This document shows, one piece after another, positions 51,724 through 62,622 of a stretch of 64,000 bases of DNA (position 1 is the first letter of the stretch; each line of letters opens with the position of its first letter). Both the position numbers and the translations under genes were made by a program. The notes under the pieces are model-generated. The model had not been told where the DNA came from. It saw nothing but the letters and a program-made list of their open reading frames with translations, and searched no databases. Source of the DNA: Amoebophrya sp. A120 (Eukaryota; Protista; Dinoflagellata); the NCBI GenBank assembly GCA_905178155.1, contig CAJINV010000002.1, forward strand, positions 13,026,480-13,090,479, written 5' to 3'.

Positions 51724-52385
51724 GTATCTTGTGTATGATCATGAAAACTGTTAGCGTTTCCTTCCTCGAATTCGGACCTCGCTTTCATGGATTAGGATAA
51801 AACTGCATGCGTCACCGTTAAGCATGTGCTATATCTTTCTGAAGCAGTCGGACGAGCGCATCGGATCGCTCGGTCAGCAGAGTGCGCTGTCCGAGCCCCG
51901 GAGGCTCTGCGGCTATGTGTTTTGCCCTGCAGTTTGTACTTTTACATAGAATATTTGGCAAATTTGTATATTGCATGCCTTGCTGGTAGCACCTGCAGCG
52001 ATATTTCCTCTGAGGTCAGATGACAGCACTTCCCTACGTATTTCAACATCGGGAAGGTGACGGAAACAGCTTTCAGCATCACACTCCGCAAAGAACGCTG
52101 AGTATGCGAATTGTGAGGGGCGTAAACAAACAGCCACCGATATGGGAGCGACGCCTTGTGCTTGTTGTGAATGTTTCAACGGAGCTTCATGTATAATTAG
52201 AGGCTTGATGCGCAACATCACGCGATAGAGCCGTGCGAACGCCTACTACACTCATGGTATCTAATATTTTGCAATAGGGATGACCACTAATTTGCTTTCA
52301 GGGAAGAGTTGCTTTCATGCCGCGGCGCAAAAACAAGCCTCCTCTCCTCCGGGAGATTGATGCCAGGTTCTGTTGTGGCCGACCT

Positions 52386-53405
52386 TGGATGTGTACCTCT
52401 CTGAAATCACTCATCTATCATGTACAAAGGCTGTCGCTTGCATTACCGGATGCGTACTTGTCACAGCGGTTTCTACCGCAAGAGGCGGCTCCTGCATCGC
52501 CGCAACAAGCGGCAAATAACGTATCCAACGGGGCAGCGCCGGCTGCCAAATCACCACCCAGCGATCCGGATCACATGCAGTATCTTTCTTTGGAGTATCA
52601 GTTCCACTTCGTGTTTGGTTCCGTTTTCGCGAGAAACAAGCTTCCTGCAACCGAGCACGCAGTGGAGAAGTCCGGATTTCGGGAAATGAACGCGGCTTGG
52701 ACAACTCTGATTGCCCATGTCTACGAGCGCATTTGCAGGGACCACGCAGCACAAAGCAGACGCCTACGCTGTGCCGTAGACCATCTGGAGGAGATCATCG
52801 CGCTGATCGGAAACTGGGCAAACGTGAGTGTAGCGGTGGAGTCAACGAGCCCGGCCCCGGCACCACACAAGAATGGGGCAGTTCCTTCCCCAGCCACGCC
52901 TTCTTCCTCTTCTAGCTCCTCAAGTGGAACCGCTAGTAGTTCGACATCCTCACCAAGCCCTGCGGTATCTGCAAGTTCAAATAACGTCGCAGTATCGAAA
53001 TCCGCAACGGGGACTGGACCTAGTACCGTAAAAACAGTTCCTGCAGTCCGCGACTTTAGCACGCTCGCGCAGGCATTCACGCTTATCGACGTCTCCCCAG
53101 ACCGGGGAGTCTTAGCAAACGCGAAACTCATTTTGCGGCGTTGGCACGAGGCCTCGCCACTGCCGGGACTGCAGCTGAACTGGCTCGCAGACCAGCTGCG
53201 TGTGCTTCGACCCGACAGTGCTACGCTTGGGCGGATGCACAGTGCCATATGTGATTGGAAGGACGCTCACGTGTCGACGACGCCCACCGAAAACCTCTTT
53301 TTCACCTTCGAAAACACTTCTAGCTTGGAGGATGTTCTTACGAACAGGTCAGAAACCCTTTTGCTCTATCTGGTCCTGTACTGTGTGTGTTTTTTTGCAA
53401 GATAA
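52386..53405 (+). CDS. Helical exon with Ser/Pro-rich insertion, N-terminal to the SecA-like motor
   Basis: ORF 52317..53405 is joinable upstream at TGGATGTG (51716/52386) and downstream at ACCTTC (53304/53606), both in frame. Confidence 0.65.
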   Translation, partial: WMCTSLKSLIYHVQRLSLALPDAYLSQRFLPQEAAPASPQQAANNVSNGAAPAAKSPPSDPDHMQYLSLEYQFHFVFGSVFARNKLPATEHAVEKSGFREMNAAWTTLIAHVYERICRDHAAQSRRLRCAVDHLEEIIALIGNWANVSVAVESTSPAPAPHKNGAVPSPATPSSSSSSSSGTASSSTSSPSPAVSASSNNVAVSKSATGTGPSTVKTVPAVRDFSTLAQAFTLIDVSPDRGVLANAKLILRRWHEASPLPGLQLNWLADQLRVLRPDSATLGRMHSAICDWKDAHVSTTPTENLFFTFENTSSLEDVLTNRSETLLLYLVLYCVCFFAR

Positions 53406-53605
53406 AAGTCACCTCTTCACATCTCGATTCTACCATGTTCTTGCGGCAAGCATATCGAGCACGATTTGATCTTCTTCTTCATGAGTAACATAATACAAGC
53501 ATCGTGTCTGCAAAATACATGTTGTTTGATTGTTCTAGAAATAAGCGCACAAAAGCAAAACGCGGCAAGTACCAGGGAAGGCAAATTGTTGTCTAAAGTT
53601 TCATA

Positions 53606-56600
53606 ACCTTCTCGAAAGCGGTGGCCTCGCCGAACGGGCTAACTGAGGTGGCTGAATTTTTTCAGCTTCTCTCCAGACACGCATCCTTGCTTCACGGCAC
53701 AAACTTTATCAAAGACATAGCAGCCCTCGCAGGAAAGCCTCTCTTTACAGGCATGAAGTGGGCGTGCATTCAGGTGGCGGAGGAGGTCCTGGAAATCCGG
53801 CTCCACGATTGGGGGGCACTGAATGCTAACAAGGATATTGCCAAGGAAGCAAAGAAGGATATCACCAATTTGGCTTCAGCGCTGCTTCGCGTTTGGCCAC
53901 TCCAAGAGGTGCTGCTCGTCGTGGACCGATTCAAAGACGCGGCGGCCCCGCTGTTGACAGCGCAACGAACGCTACAGCTGCTTCTGGACTACCAGTTCTC
54001 CGTTGATTGGGACGTTCTTGATCACGATTTCAAAAGTTCTCGGCATGATGCACCAACACCGATAGCACTGCAGCAGGTCCGCAATGAGCACAAGACAGTC
54101 GCGCAGTTTCTCCGCCAGAAACCAAGCGACGTGTGGATCCGAGAGCTGCACGAGCGCTTCGTCAAAGTCGCCTTTCCTGGGGGTGTAGAGCTCACGGCGC
54201 AGCAAGTCGCGGATAGCATCCAAGAGCAAGCCCTCCGGAATCCCACGAGTTCTGCAGCACCGCTGCTAATCAGCGCGTCCGAGCACCTGGTACGCCAACA
54301 ACAGAAGGTCCTTGACGCGGACCAAACCGTCCTCCCCGGCCAGCGACTGCGGGGCTTCACCGGCTGGGCCCCCTGGGCTGCGGAAGTTAAGCGTCGCTAC
54401 AAGGAGGACAGCAGCCAGGTAAACATTTACGAGGTGATCGCGGTAGTTTGCGAGGGTTTTGCGAAGACCAATGGTGGCAAAAGACCCCGCGCCACGCAGC
54501 TCTTCGCTATACTAGCACAGCTCGATGCGTTTGAGAAACTGAACCTGCAGCACGAGGAGGGAGACGCAACGATGGAAAGCGGGGGCGCGGGAGCGGCGCC
54601 AGGAGAAACTAGCAACGCGCAGCAGCCCGTGGGACCGGCGAACGCGTCCTCGTCAGACACTGTCATGCAGACCGCAACGATGAAGCGCGGTCGCGGACCG
54701 GCTTCTTCCACCGACCAGGCCGACCAGGTGAAACGCGGCCGCATTGGGGATCCCGCCAGACTTCTCCCAGCCTTGCCTGCTTCATCTACAAAGCGTGCAG
54801 GCGATGGAAATGGCCTTGCAGGGACCAATAATGCGCGGAAACGCCGACGCGTGTCTCGTGGCCCGCGGACTGCCGGTCCGGCCCCCGGGCCAAGCCGACC
54901 GGCCACTGTTGGGCGGCTCGGTCAGGTACCAACCGGCGAGGGCAAGACTATGATTGTAGCGATTCTTGCAGCAATCCTGGCGCTCCGAAATCAGACGGTT
55001 GACATTATTACCGCGTCTGAGGAGCTAGCAAAGCCGGCTGCCGAGGAAATGAAAGGGTTTTTCAGTCTATTTGGTTTTTCGGCGGCTGCTATTAGTGAAG
55101 ATACTAACTGGACACAACACATTATCTACGGAGACGCCTCCCAGTTCCAGTTTGCGGACCTTCGCTACCGCTTTGCGGAAGAGCATCAGAAAGGCGCAGG
55201 TCGAGGTGCCGAAATGCGTCCGTACCAGGTGGCCATCATAGATGAGAGCGATTCGCTAATGGTCGACGGCAAGGGATCGCAGGCTCTGCTAGGCAGCTCT
55301 GCGCCGGGAGCGCATTACCTACAGAATTTCATCATAATTGCGTGGGGCATAATGCTCAACGGCAAAAAAAGCCTACGTATATGCAATGTGACAAAATGAC
55401 TGATACTGTGTGGACATCAAATTGTGCGCGCCACGATCTTAGTTTAATTTGGTAGGAAGCGAGACTTCGAGAAGCTTTCATGATTTATTTTTTGTGCTTC
55501 TGAACAAGACAACTTAACTGTTGTGTTTGCAAGAGCTACTGTTTCCACCCGCTCGTTTGCAACTTCCTGCCTTTGCACGTTTTCGTTTGCTGTCCATGTT
55601 TGCATTCTCAACAAAACAAATGATTGACATTCCCAAATTGCAAAAAGATGCTTGGGGGCGAGGATGCCCATGCCACGATACTCAAGTATCCGTCGGATTT
55701 TTTTTGCGCTGCACAGAGCCAGTACAACGTTCCTAAGCACGGAACACTCACTTTTGAACTTCACCCGCAGTTCCCTCCCGCAGACGACTGGACTGCGTTC
55801 AAGAAAGAGTGGAAGAAGGTAGTCGCGGCAAGCCAAGGCTCAAACTCCTCTCCGGCACCGACGACTTCGACCGGGGGCTCCTCGACCAGTGGCGCAGGGC
55901 CGGAAACTGGTGATGTTCACGAAGAAAAGGACAACCTTGATGTGCTAAAGCAAATCACTCCTATCGAGCATTTGGGTCTAGATCCGTCCGACACGAGCAA
56001 AAAGCCTCTCTACAAGGATTGGTCAAATTACTTGAGCCAGAAAATCGAAGCCATGTTGCGGCAGGGTGTGCGCGATTTTGATCATCACGAAAACAGCTTA
56101 CTGCCTGACAAGAAGCTGCCCGATGAAATGAGAAAGGAAGCTGAAGTACCGGACAGAAAAGTAGTGTTTCAATGGCTTGAAAAGAAAATGCTCCGCTCTT
56201 TCGCAAGTTGTTCATAATTCTTTCATCTCTCATACGACTGAGAAGCACCTGTCATGACGCGGAAGCGAACTTCTCAGACAAGAAAGCAACTGCATGAAAA
56301 TGAGCTAGCAGCCGTGTATAAAACTAGATGAACATGAACAGCAATTGCATGCGGGGACGTCTAATAAATGCCGCAGCTGCGCTGTATTTCAGTGCTAGCG
56401 TTGCAACAAGATTCGCATCGCGCTGTTCCTTTCAAAACAGGCAGCATGCTCATACTTTCTTTTGCTACAGGGTTCACACTTTTCACGTCAGTATGAAGAC
56501 GGGGACGATCCCAGCAAGCCAGACGCCCAACCAGTACCACGGTTTTATCACATGAAGCACCATCGGGATTACATCGTCCGCACAGGAATCGTTCAGTGGT

Positions 56601-57709
56601 CACTAGCAGCGGTGGATGCCATGTACCATCTGGAGCAGGATAAGCATTACAGGCTGAAGACGGGAACGCAAGGACCCAAGGTCGAGTTGATCGACATGAG
56701 TAATACAGGTTGCGTCTCAGACACATCACAGTTTACCGGCGGTCTCGCTCAGTTCTTGGAGTTTAAGCACGGCCTGACGATGACCCCGAGTGGATTCACG
56801 ACAAATTACATTTCCAATGCAGGTTACTTCAAGAAGTACGACAAGATCTTCGGTCTAACGGGCACGCTTGGCGATGCAGAGACAAGGGACTTTCTGAACG
56901 ATACCTACAAGCTGGACTTTTTCTTCGTGCCAGGATTTAAGTCAAAGCAGTTTCACATGCTCCGCGGGATTTTTCATTTCGAAGGAACAGCATGGAAGGA
57001 TGCCGTGCTGCGTCAGACTTTGGTGCAGGCAAAACTTGGTCGGGCGGTCCTAGTGATTTGCGAATCCTTGAGCGATGCAAAGATGTTTCATAAGCAGTTC
57101 ACAAAGAAGATTGACGAGCCGAATCCTCAAGACGTACTTTCCGCGAACGACGCTGCGCTGAGCGTCTCGCTATACACGGAACAGTCCGAACGAGCAGCGG
57201 CGGTGGGGTCGGGCGACCAGAAACGAAAACTGGAACCCGGCACCATCATCGTGACAACCAACATCGCAGGTCGCGGCACGGATATCAACCTCACCGACGA
57301 GGTCGAGAAGAACGGAGGCTTGCACGTTATTATCACCTTCCGCCCGCAGAACGATCGGGTCCAGCAGCAAAATGTTGGCCGCACATCCCGCACGGGAAAC
57401 AGAGGGACAGCGCAGCTGATACTTAACGGGCAAGCGTTGCCCGGGCCGCACACTCCTTTACCACGCGATCGGCTGGGCCCGGATGGAGGCATGATCTACG
57501 TTTCTGACAAACGGGATGTCAGCCAGCGGCGCTCTATTCGCGACGGACCGAAACAAATTAGCGTCATCCTACAGCGTGACCGACTGTTTGATCGCTGGGT
57601 GCAATTTCTGGACGAGCTTGAGGTACACCATGAAAAAGCTTATGTTACTTGGCATGTTAGTCCTCCAAACTCAATTTGTAAGAGCACGAGCACCAGTCTC
57701 CGAAGATAG
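53606..57709 (+). CDS. SecA-like DEAD (SF2) ATPase motor: NBD1, preprotein cross-linking region and NBD2 (three exons)
   Basis: Motifs PRATQL, QVPTGEGKT (TGEGKT at 54932-54949), VDIITASEELA, IIDESDSLMVD, VELIDMSNTG..GGLAQFLEFKHGL, YFKKYDKIFGLTGTLG, GRAVLVICES, VTTNIAGRGTDI and GGLHVI..QQNVGRTSRTGNRG are collinear with the bacterial SecA motifs. Confidence 0.92.
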
Positions 57710-57996
57710 GACCATGAAATTAGAAGCATTTTGCGGGTCCTTAGCTATAGTGTTTCACGTAGAAGCAACAATAAATACATCCAACTGATGCAGCTGTAGC
57801 TACTATTCTCATGCACATGTTGAAGATATGAGTATCCATACTGATTCGCGGGATTTTTACCCACCGATTTGCATTCGTGGAGCAGTTACTTTTGCAAGAA
57901 AAACGCGTCTATGAATGTAAGGACTGCTTGCTGGACGCGCGCGAAAAGCTCCTTTTCTATTCAGCTGACAGAAAATCCACAAACTGCTTTTTCTTT

Positions 57997-59524
57997 GTAC
58001 ACCTGCTCAAGAAGCGCCATTTAGGGGTATGTCCCAAGACGGGCCCGAAGGACGACACGTGGAAATCGCCGGACCGACTTGGCGTGGAGGAGCAGTTCGG
58101 AATGTGGATAGCTGCCAACAATGCAGAGCTCGAGAAACGAGCCGCCCCCGAATACGTCGGCGACGATGCTTTGCAGTTCTTCGAAACCGATTTCGTTTCC
58201 AGAGTCCTGGCCTCCCGGGACGACCCGCGTACCCCTAGAAACACGTACCCCCTCTCGCCCAATCCCTACTTTCTGTTAGCAGAAGCAAACAAGTCGATCA
58301 CGGACAGGAAGTTCGACCGCGCACTAGAGCTGCTCGGCGCGGCTTGCGACCGGGACGAAGAGTGCACAGCCAACTGCAGTGGGGGAATGTGCGCGCAGGC
58401 CTGGTACAGCCGGGGAATTGCGCACCTGGGACGGTATGGGAAGGACGAGACTGAGCACGACTCCGCGTGCGAAAAGGTCTTTCCGAAAGCGATCAGGATT
58501 ATTACCGAAAAATGTGCTCAAGATTTGCACGTGGCGCTCATGGAGGTCGTCAGAGGAAAAAACATCGACTGCACAAAGGAGAAGCTCGCACAAGAATACA
58601 ATCATCAATATGCGACAAAAAATCCGTGTATGCCGTAAACTGTCCTTGTATAATACCACCAGCCCCTCAACATCGCACTGCATGATAAAACATTGCACCC
58701 GAATGTAGATCTCCTGTGTCCGAAGCTGCTTGCGGCGACGGCGAAAAGTTTTCAGTTTCACTCAGTTGCAGGACGGTATGCATGAAAAGGCCATGTAATT
58801 TTTCACAAACGGCGAGACGCCCCCACTCTCTTGCAAATTTGGCCTCGGCATTTTGATTTATGTCTGTTCACTCCGTCACTTGGCATTAAGATATGTCTGT
58901 TCACTCCGTCATTTAGCGTGAATGTCAATTTTTTTCATTCTGTTCCGCGACCTTGCTAGTTCATCACACGGTCTCTTTTGTCTGGGATACAAATATCAGT
59001 ATCTATAATGGCATGGCGGCCCAAATTCGGAACGTGATGGGTGACCCCAATGCCGATTTTGACAAGAGACAAGCGGGGCTAGACGAAGCTTTGGCCGAAG
59101 TCACCGACAGGCTGCCAGAGGTCGAAAAAGAAATTCGCGACGCAGAAGACATGTCTGTGGACCAGCGAAAAGAGTTTGGCAAGCGGCTCGGGCAGGAAAG
59201 CGTAACTTTGAGCGAAGACAAGAAGCAAGAGTATCCCCACCTGTGCAATGTACCGCCAGACGAGCTGATGTGGGCTTTGGACTTGGAAACCAAGAAGGAA
59301 ACGCGTGAGAACCTGCAAAAGCAGAAAGAAGATGTCGGAGGAAAACTGAAAGATCTGAAGAAGGACCGCGAAGACACCGAGAACGACAGTCAGAAGAAAA
59401 CCGAATATGAAAAACGAACGCTTGGACTGCTTGAGTGGGCCCGTCGGAACAACCACGAGCTGTCCCTGGGGGAAATCGCGTCGCCTGACAAGGGGTTCAA
59501 GAGACTTGTGGGTCCCAGTGAACT
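57997..59524 (+). CDS. TPR-like exon and coiled-coil exon of the SecA-like protein
   Basis: YFLLAEANKSITDRKFDRALELL..AQAWYSRGIAHL is TPR-like. ORF 58953..59618 is a charged coiled coil. Junction repeats are GTACACC (57623/57997) and GAACT (59520/60289). Confidence 0.7.
58859..58911. repeat. 20-bp direct repeat, two copies with 33-bp period, intronic
   Basis: TATGTCTGTTCACTCCGTCA at 58859-58878 and 58892-58911. Confidence 0.85.
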
Positions 59525-60288
59525 ACGAAGACGAAAAATGCAGATGTGCTTTTTCCTACACCCAAATGCCCAATCTTGTGATGTCTTGTCATGTATCAAG
59601 AGAACGAAAGTAGTCTAAGCACAGCTGAGTGGCGCATCGGAAGCAGTTCCGTTCATCAAAACGAAGAGGAAGCTAGTGGCTTTTCATTCAAAGCAAGGTG
59701 CTGACAGCACCGCCTGCAAACCGCGATGCGATATATTCTTTCATTGATATCCTTTGCTTCAAGCCTTTTTTGTTACAAGAGACCGAACGAGAACCAGCTA
59801 TCCTCTGTCTTCTCAGAACATGCGCTTTCCTGGAAAGTTGTGTCCCGGCCAAACTTGATTGAGTGCCATTTACAGGAGAAAACTTTCATGTTTATAACGC
59901 GACAGAATGCACTCTAACATGGTGAATAATGCTCCGTCTCATACTCGTCAATGCGGAAAGTGTTGATGCCGATCATGCTAATCTGTAACCACAAATACAC
60001 TGAGTCAGGCAAAAGCTGAGTAAAGTCAGCTGTGATTTGCGAGAAATGCCGGCCTTGTGTCTACGCGTTTCAGCTTACTGCAGATACCTCTGTAGTTGAT
60101 ACGCGTAACAGGTGAAGAAGGTGCTACACGTCGACCGACAGACTCACTAAACAGGACCGGCGAAAAAAGGCCTGCGACCCCGTGCCGCAAGACTTCAGAA
60201 ATGATTTTTGTACACGCGATCGCAGCACGTCGCATTCCCGTTGAAGTATGAGGAGGGGGGAGGTTTCATTGGGATACATGGGGACCAC

Positions 60289-62410
60289 GAACTGCGACTG
60301 CACGAGGAATGGGGGCTGATTGGCGTATTTCAGCTTGACACCAAGCCCCCGATAAACTGGTGGGACTTTGCTGGTATGACGACGATCGCGGTCTCCCAAA
60401 TAGTGGGCGGCACCGTTTTGGCCATTTTCGGGGGCTGCAACCTGGCCACGAGTCTGATATGCGAAGGCATCGCTGATATGATCACAGCCGTCAAGGACAT
60501 TGTGATCAATCGATCGTTTTCCTGGGCGCAATGGGGGATCAACAAAGCGGTGTCGATCAGCGTCAGCTTGCTCACTGCCGGGGCCTCCGCGCTAAAAACC
60601 GCAGCCCAAGTCGCCGCCGCCGGCCTGCAAGGGGCCTTGGAGTTCACGAAGGAGGCCTTGGTACTCGGCGCGAAACTCGTAGCAAAGGCCGGCATCCTAT
60701 CCTGTGTAAAAACGTCCCCACCATACTGAAGATGGATAAAAGTAACTGCTAGACAAATCCGCGAGGGTTGGAGCTCGCGCATGAAAACTTGAGTTGCGCC
60801 ATGTAGTAATCGTGGTAAATTTCCAAACAAAGCTAGAAAATGACCCTCACCCAAAGCTGCATGAGACGAATTGCTGTGGAACTGGGAGTCTAGATTTGCA
60901 TGACAAGGGTCGGATCTGCGGCAGGTGGCACAGGGGGAGGAAACGTGTTATGCAGTAGCAAGGCGTGGGGACGGTTTTACACAGGATACGTCCAAGCGGC
61001 AGTGAAGGAGGCCTTCACGCACGTAGCGTCAGTGATGGTTGCCGAGGGCGCTGGCCCGATCGTGGAAAGAATAATCTATGGGATGGATTCAGCTATTCAA
61101 AAGTAGCGGATTCAAAAATTTCTTTTCCTTGAAGATGCATGTCATTTCCTTTTCCAAAAACGGTTTCCATTTCGGCAGCAACGACGCGGATTCAGGTAGC
61201 GGCGAAACCGAGATCGGCGATTTATGCAATTGAAATATCTAGGTCAGTCTCAACTTGAACTAGCTAAATTGATGTCATTCTTATTTCATTTTTTGGTAGC
61301 AAAGAATAAGGATTGCGCAGCTGCTCCGCCACAGATTGTGCTGCTCCGCTCCCAAAGTACGTCGCCAAGCTGTCGCGGGGCCCCGTGCGGGGCCCCAGAC
61401 AAACAGGGCGGCACTCCAGCTCCTTACTTTTTATAGTTTGATTTTTGATGATCATGTGCAAACTTCAATTATCTTTTCATTTTTGGCATGACAAATCCAA
61501 ATGATAATCTAGTTCAAGTTGAGACTGACCTAGCTATTTAATTTCCTACCTTTTCTGGCGATGATTCGGAAAGACAAAGAAACCCACGAAAATTCATGAC
61601 AAAAATGATCATATTTTGTTTCAGGTTTTGAAAATGCAAGATGAAGGATAAGAAATTTTTGAATCCGCTACTTTTGAATAGCTGAATCCATCCCATATAA
61701 TCAACGAGCATTTACAGCCGGACGTGTACAGAACTCTTACAAGTTCGCCCGCTGTGAGCGAGTTGATGGAAGTGGATGGCGCGGCTGGAAACCGCTTTTA
61801 CCGCCAGAAGCTGACCGAAGCTGTCGAATCCCTTCTCTCCCCGCAGATCGACCCGGGGCAACAGCTGACTACGATGGCGGGCGACAGCATCGGGAATCGC
61901 GAGCTGGCCACCGGAATCAAAACCTACATCGAAAACGTTGCGAAGGCACTTCGTATCTTTACATAAAAACCTGCTCTACTCACTTCGAGTATTTCTCTGT
62001 CTGCAAAAGGGGGCAGACGTAATAGTCGTGGCCGCACTTTGATGCTCTTGTATTCCTGTTTTTCTGCAAGTAGAAGAGATGGATAAGCATGGCATAGCGC
62101 ACCAGCTTTTTTTTCTTTTCCTGCCAGTATCGTTCTTCTCAGAGCTTCTAACAAGTCTCTGCAACCACGGGTGAAAATACGGCTCGGCGCCCATGAGAAA
62201 GCCATTCGCGTGAGAGAAACAAGATTTTTTATTTCATACACGTTCCGGGCCCGTTGCAGTTGGCCGTTCAGCTTCTAGAGATCAGCAAGGTGGCAGCGCG
62301 GATAACTGAAATCGTACGCCAGCTTGGGCCGGTGCTGCAGAGGGCTGCTAACACCATGCAAACCGAGCACAAGAAGATTTTCAACTACGTCAAAGACCAC
62401 TATGACGCTA
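60289..62410 (+). CDS. Gly/Ala-rich hydrophobic helical exons of the SecA-like protein
   Basis: WWDFAGMTTIAVSQIVGGTVLAIFGG..ICEGIADMITAV..FSWAQWGINKAVSISVSLLTAGA, followed by short exons at about 60990-61076, 61703-61940 and 62240-62410. Confidence 0.7.
61077..61697. mobile_element. TIR element (MITE/introner) forming a non-canonical intron
   Basis: Perfect 48-bp TIR TATGGGATGGATTCAGCTATTCAAAAGTAGCGGATTCAAAAATTTCTT and 5-bp TSD TAATC (61072-61076 / 61698-61702). Removal with one TSD copy restores VERII-NEHLQPDVYR. Confidence 0.92.
61239..61533. mobile_element. Second TIR element nested within the first
   Basis: CTAGGTCAGTCTCAACTTGAACTAG (61239-61263) is the exact reverse complement of 61509-61533. 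The outer CTAG may be the TSD. Confidence 0.85.
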
Positions 62411-62622
62411 TGTATAGGACTATAATGCTTCTTGTTACTTCGTTGAGAGGCTGGGCCGCCAGAGCAGGTAGTCATGCCCAAATACGTATCATACAGATGA
62501 TGCTCCGGTGGGTTGTCTTCTCCCTTTTGACTCTTCCAGCAATCAGATCAATGGCAATTGCGGCATCGAAATTATATTGAAGGCTAGGAGCCAGCATGTC
62601 CTGACAACTACAAATTGCTTGA

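Noticed and set aside
53606-57709. Calling the gene secA (bacterial or plastid translocase) or treating the contig as bacterial contamination
   Set aside because: The gene is split by introns, has no recognisable SecA scaffold/wing C-terminus, and is fused to unrelated domains. The whole window is eukaryotic in organisation.
58859-58911. Possible CRISPR-like repeat
   Set aside because: It is a simple two-copy tandem duplication with a 33-bp period.
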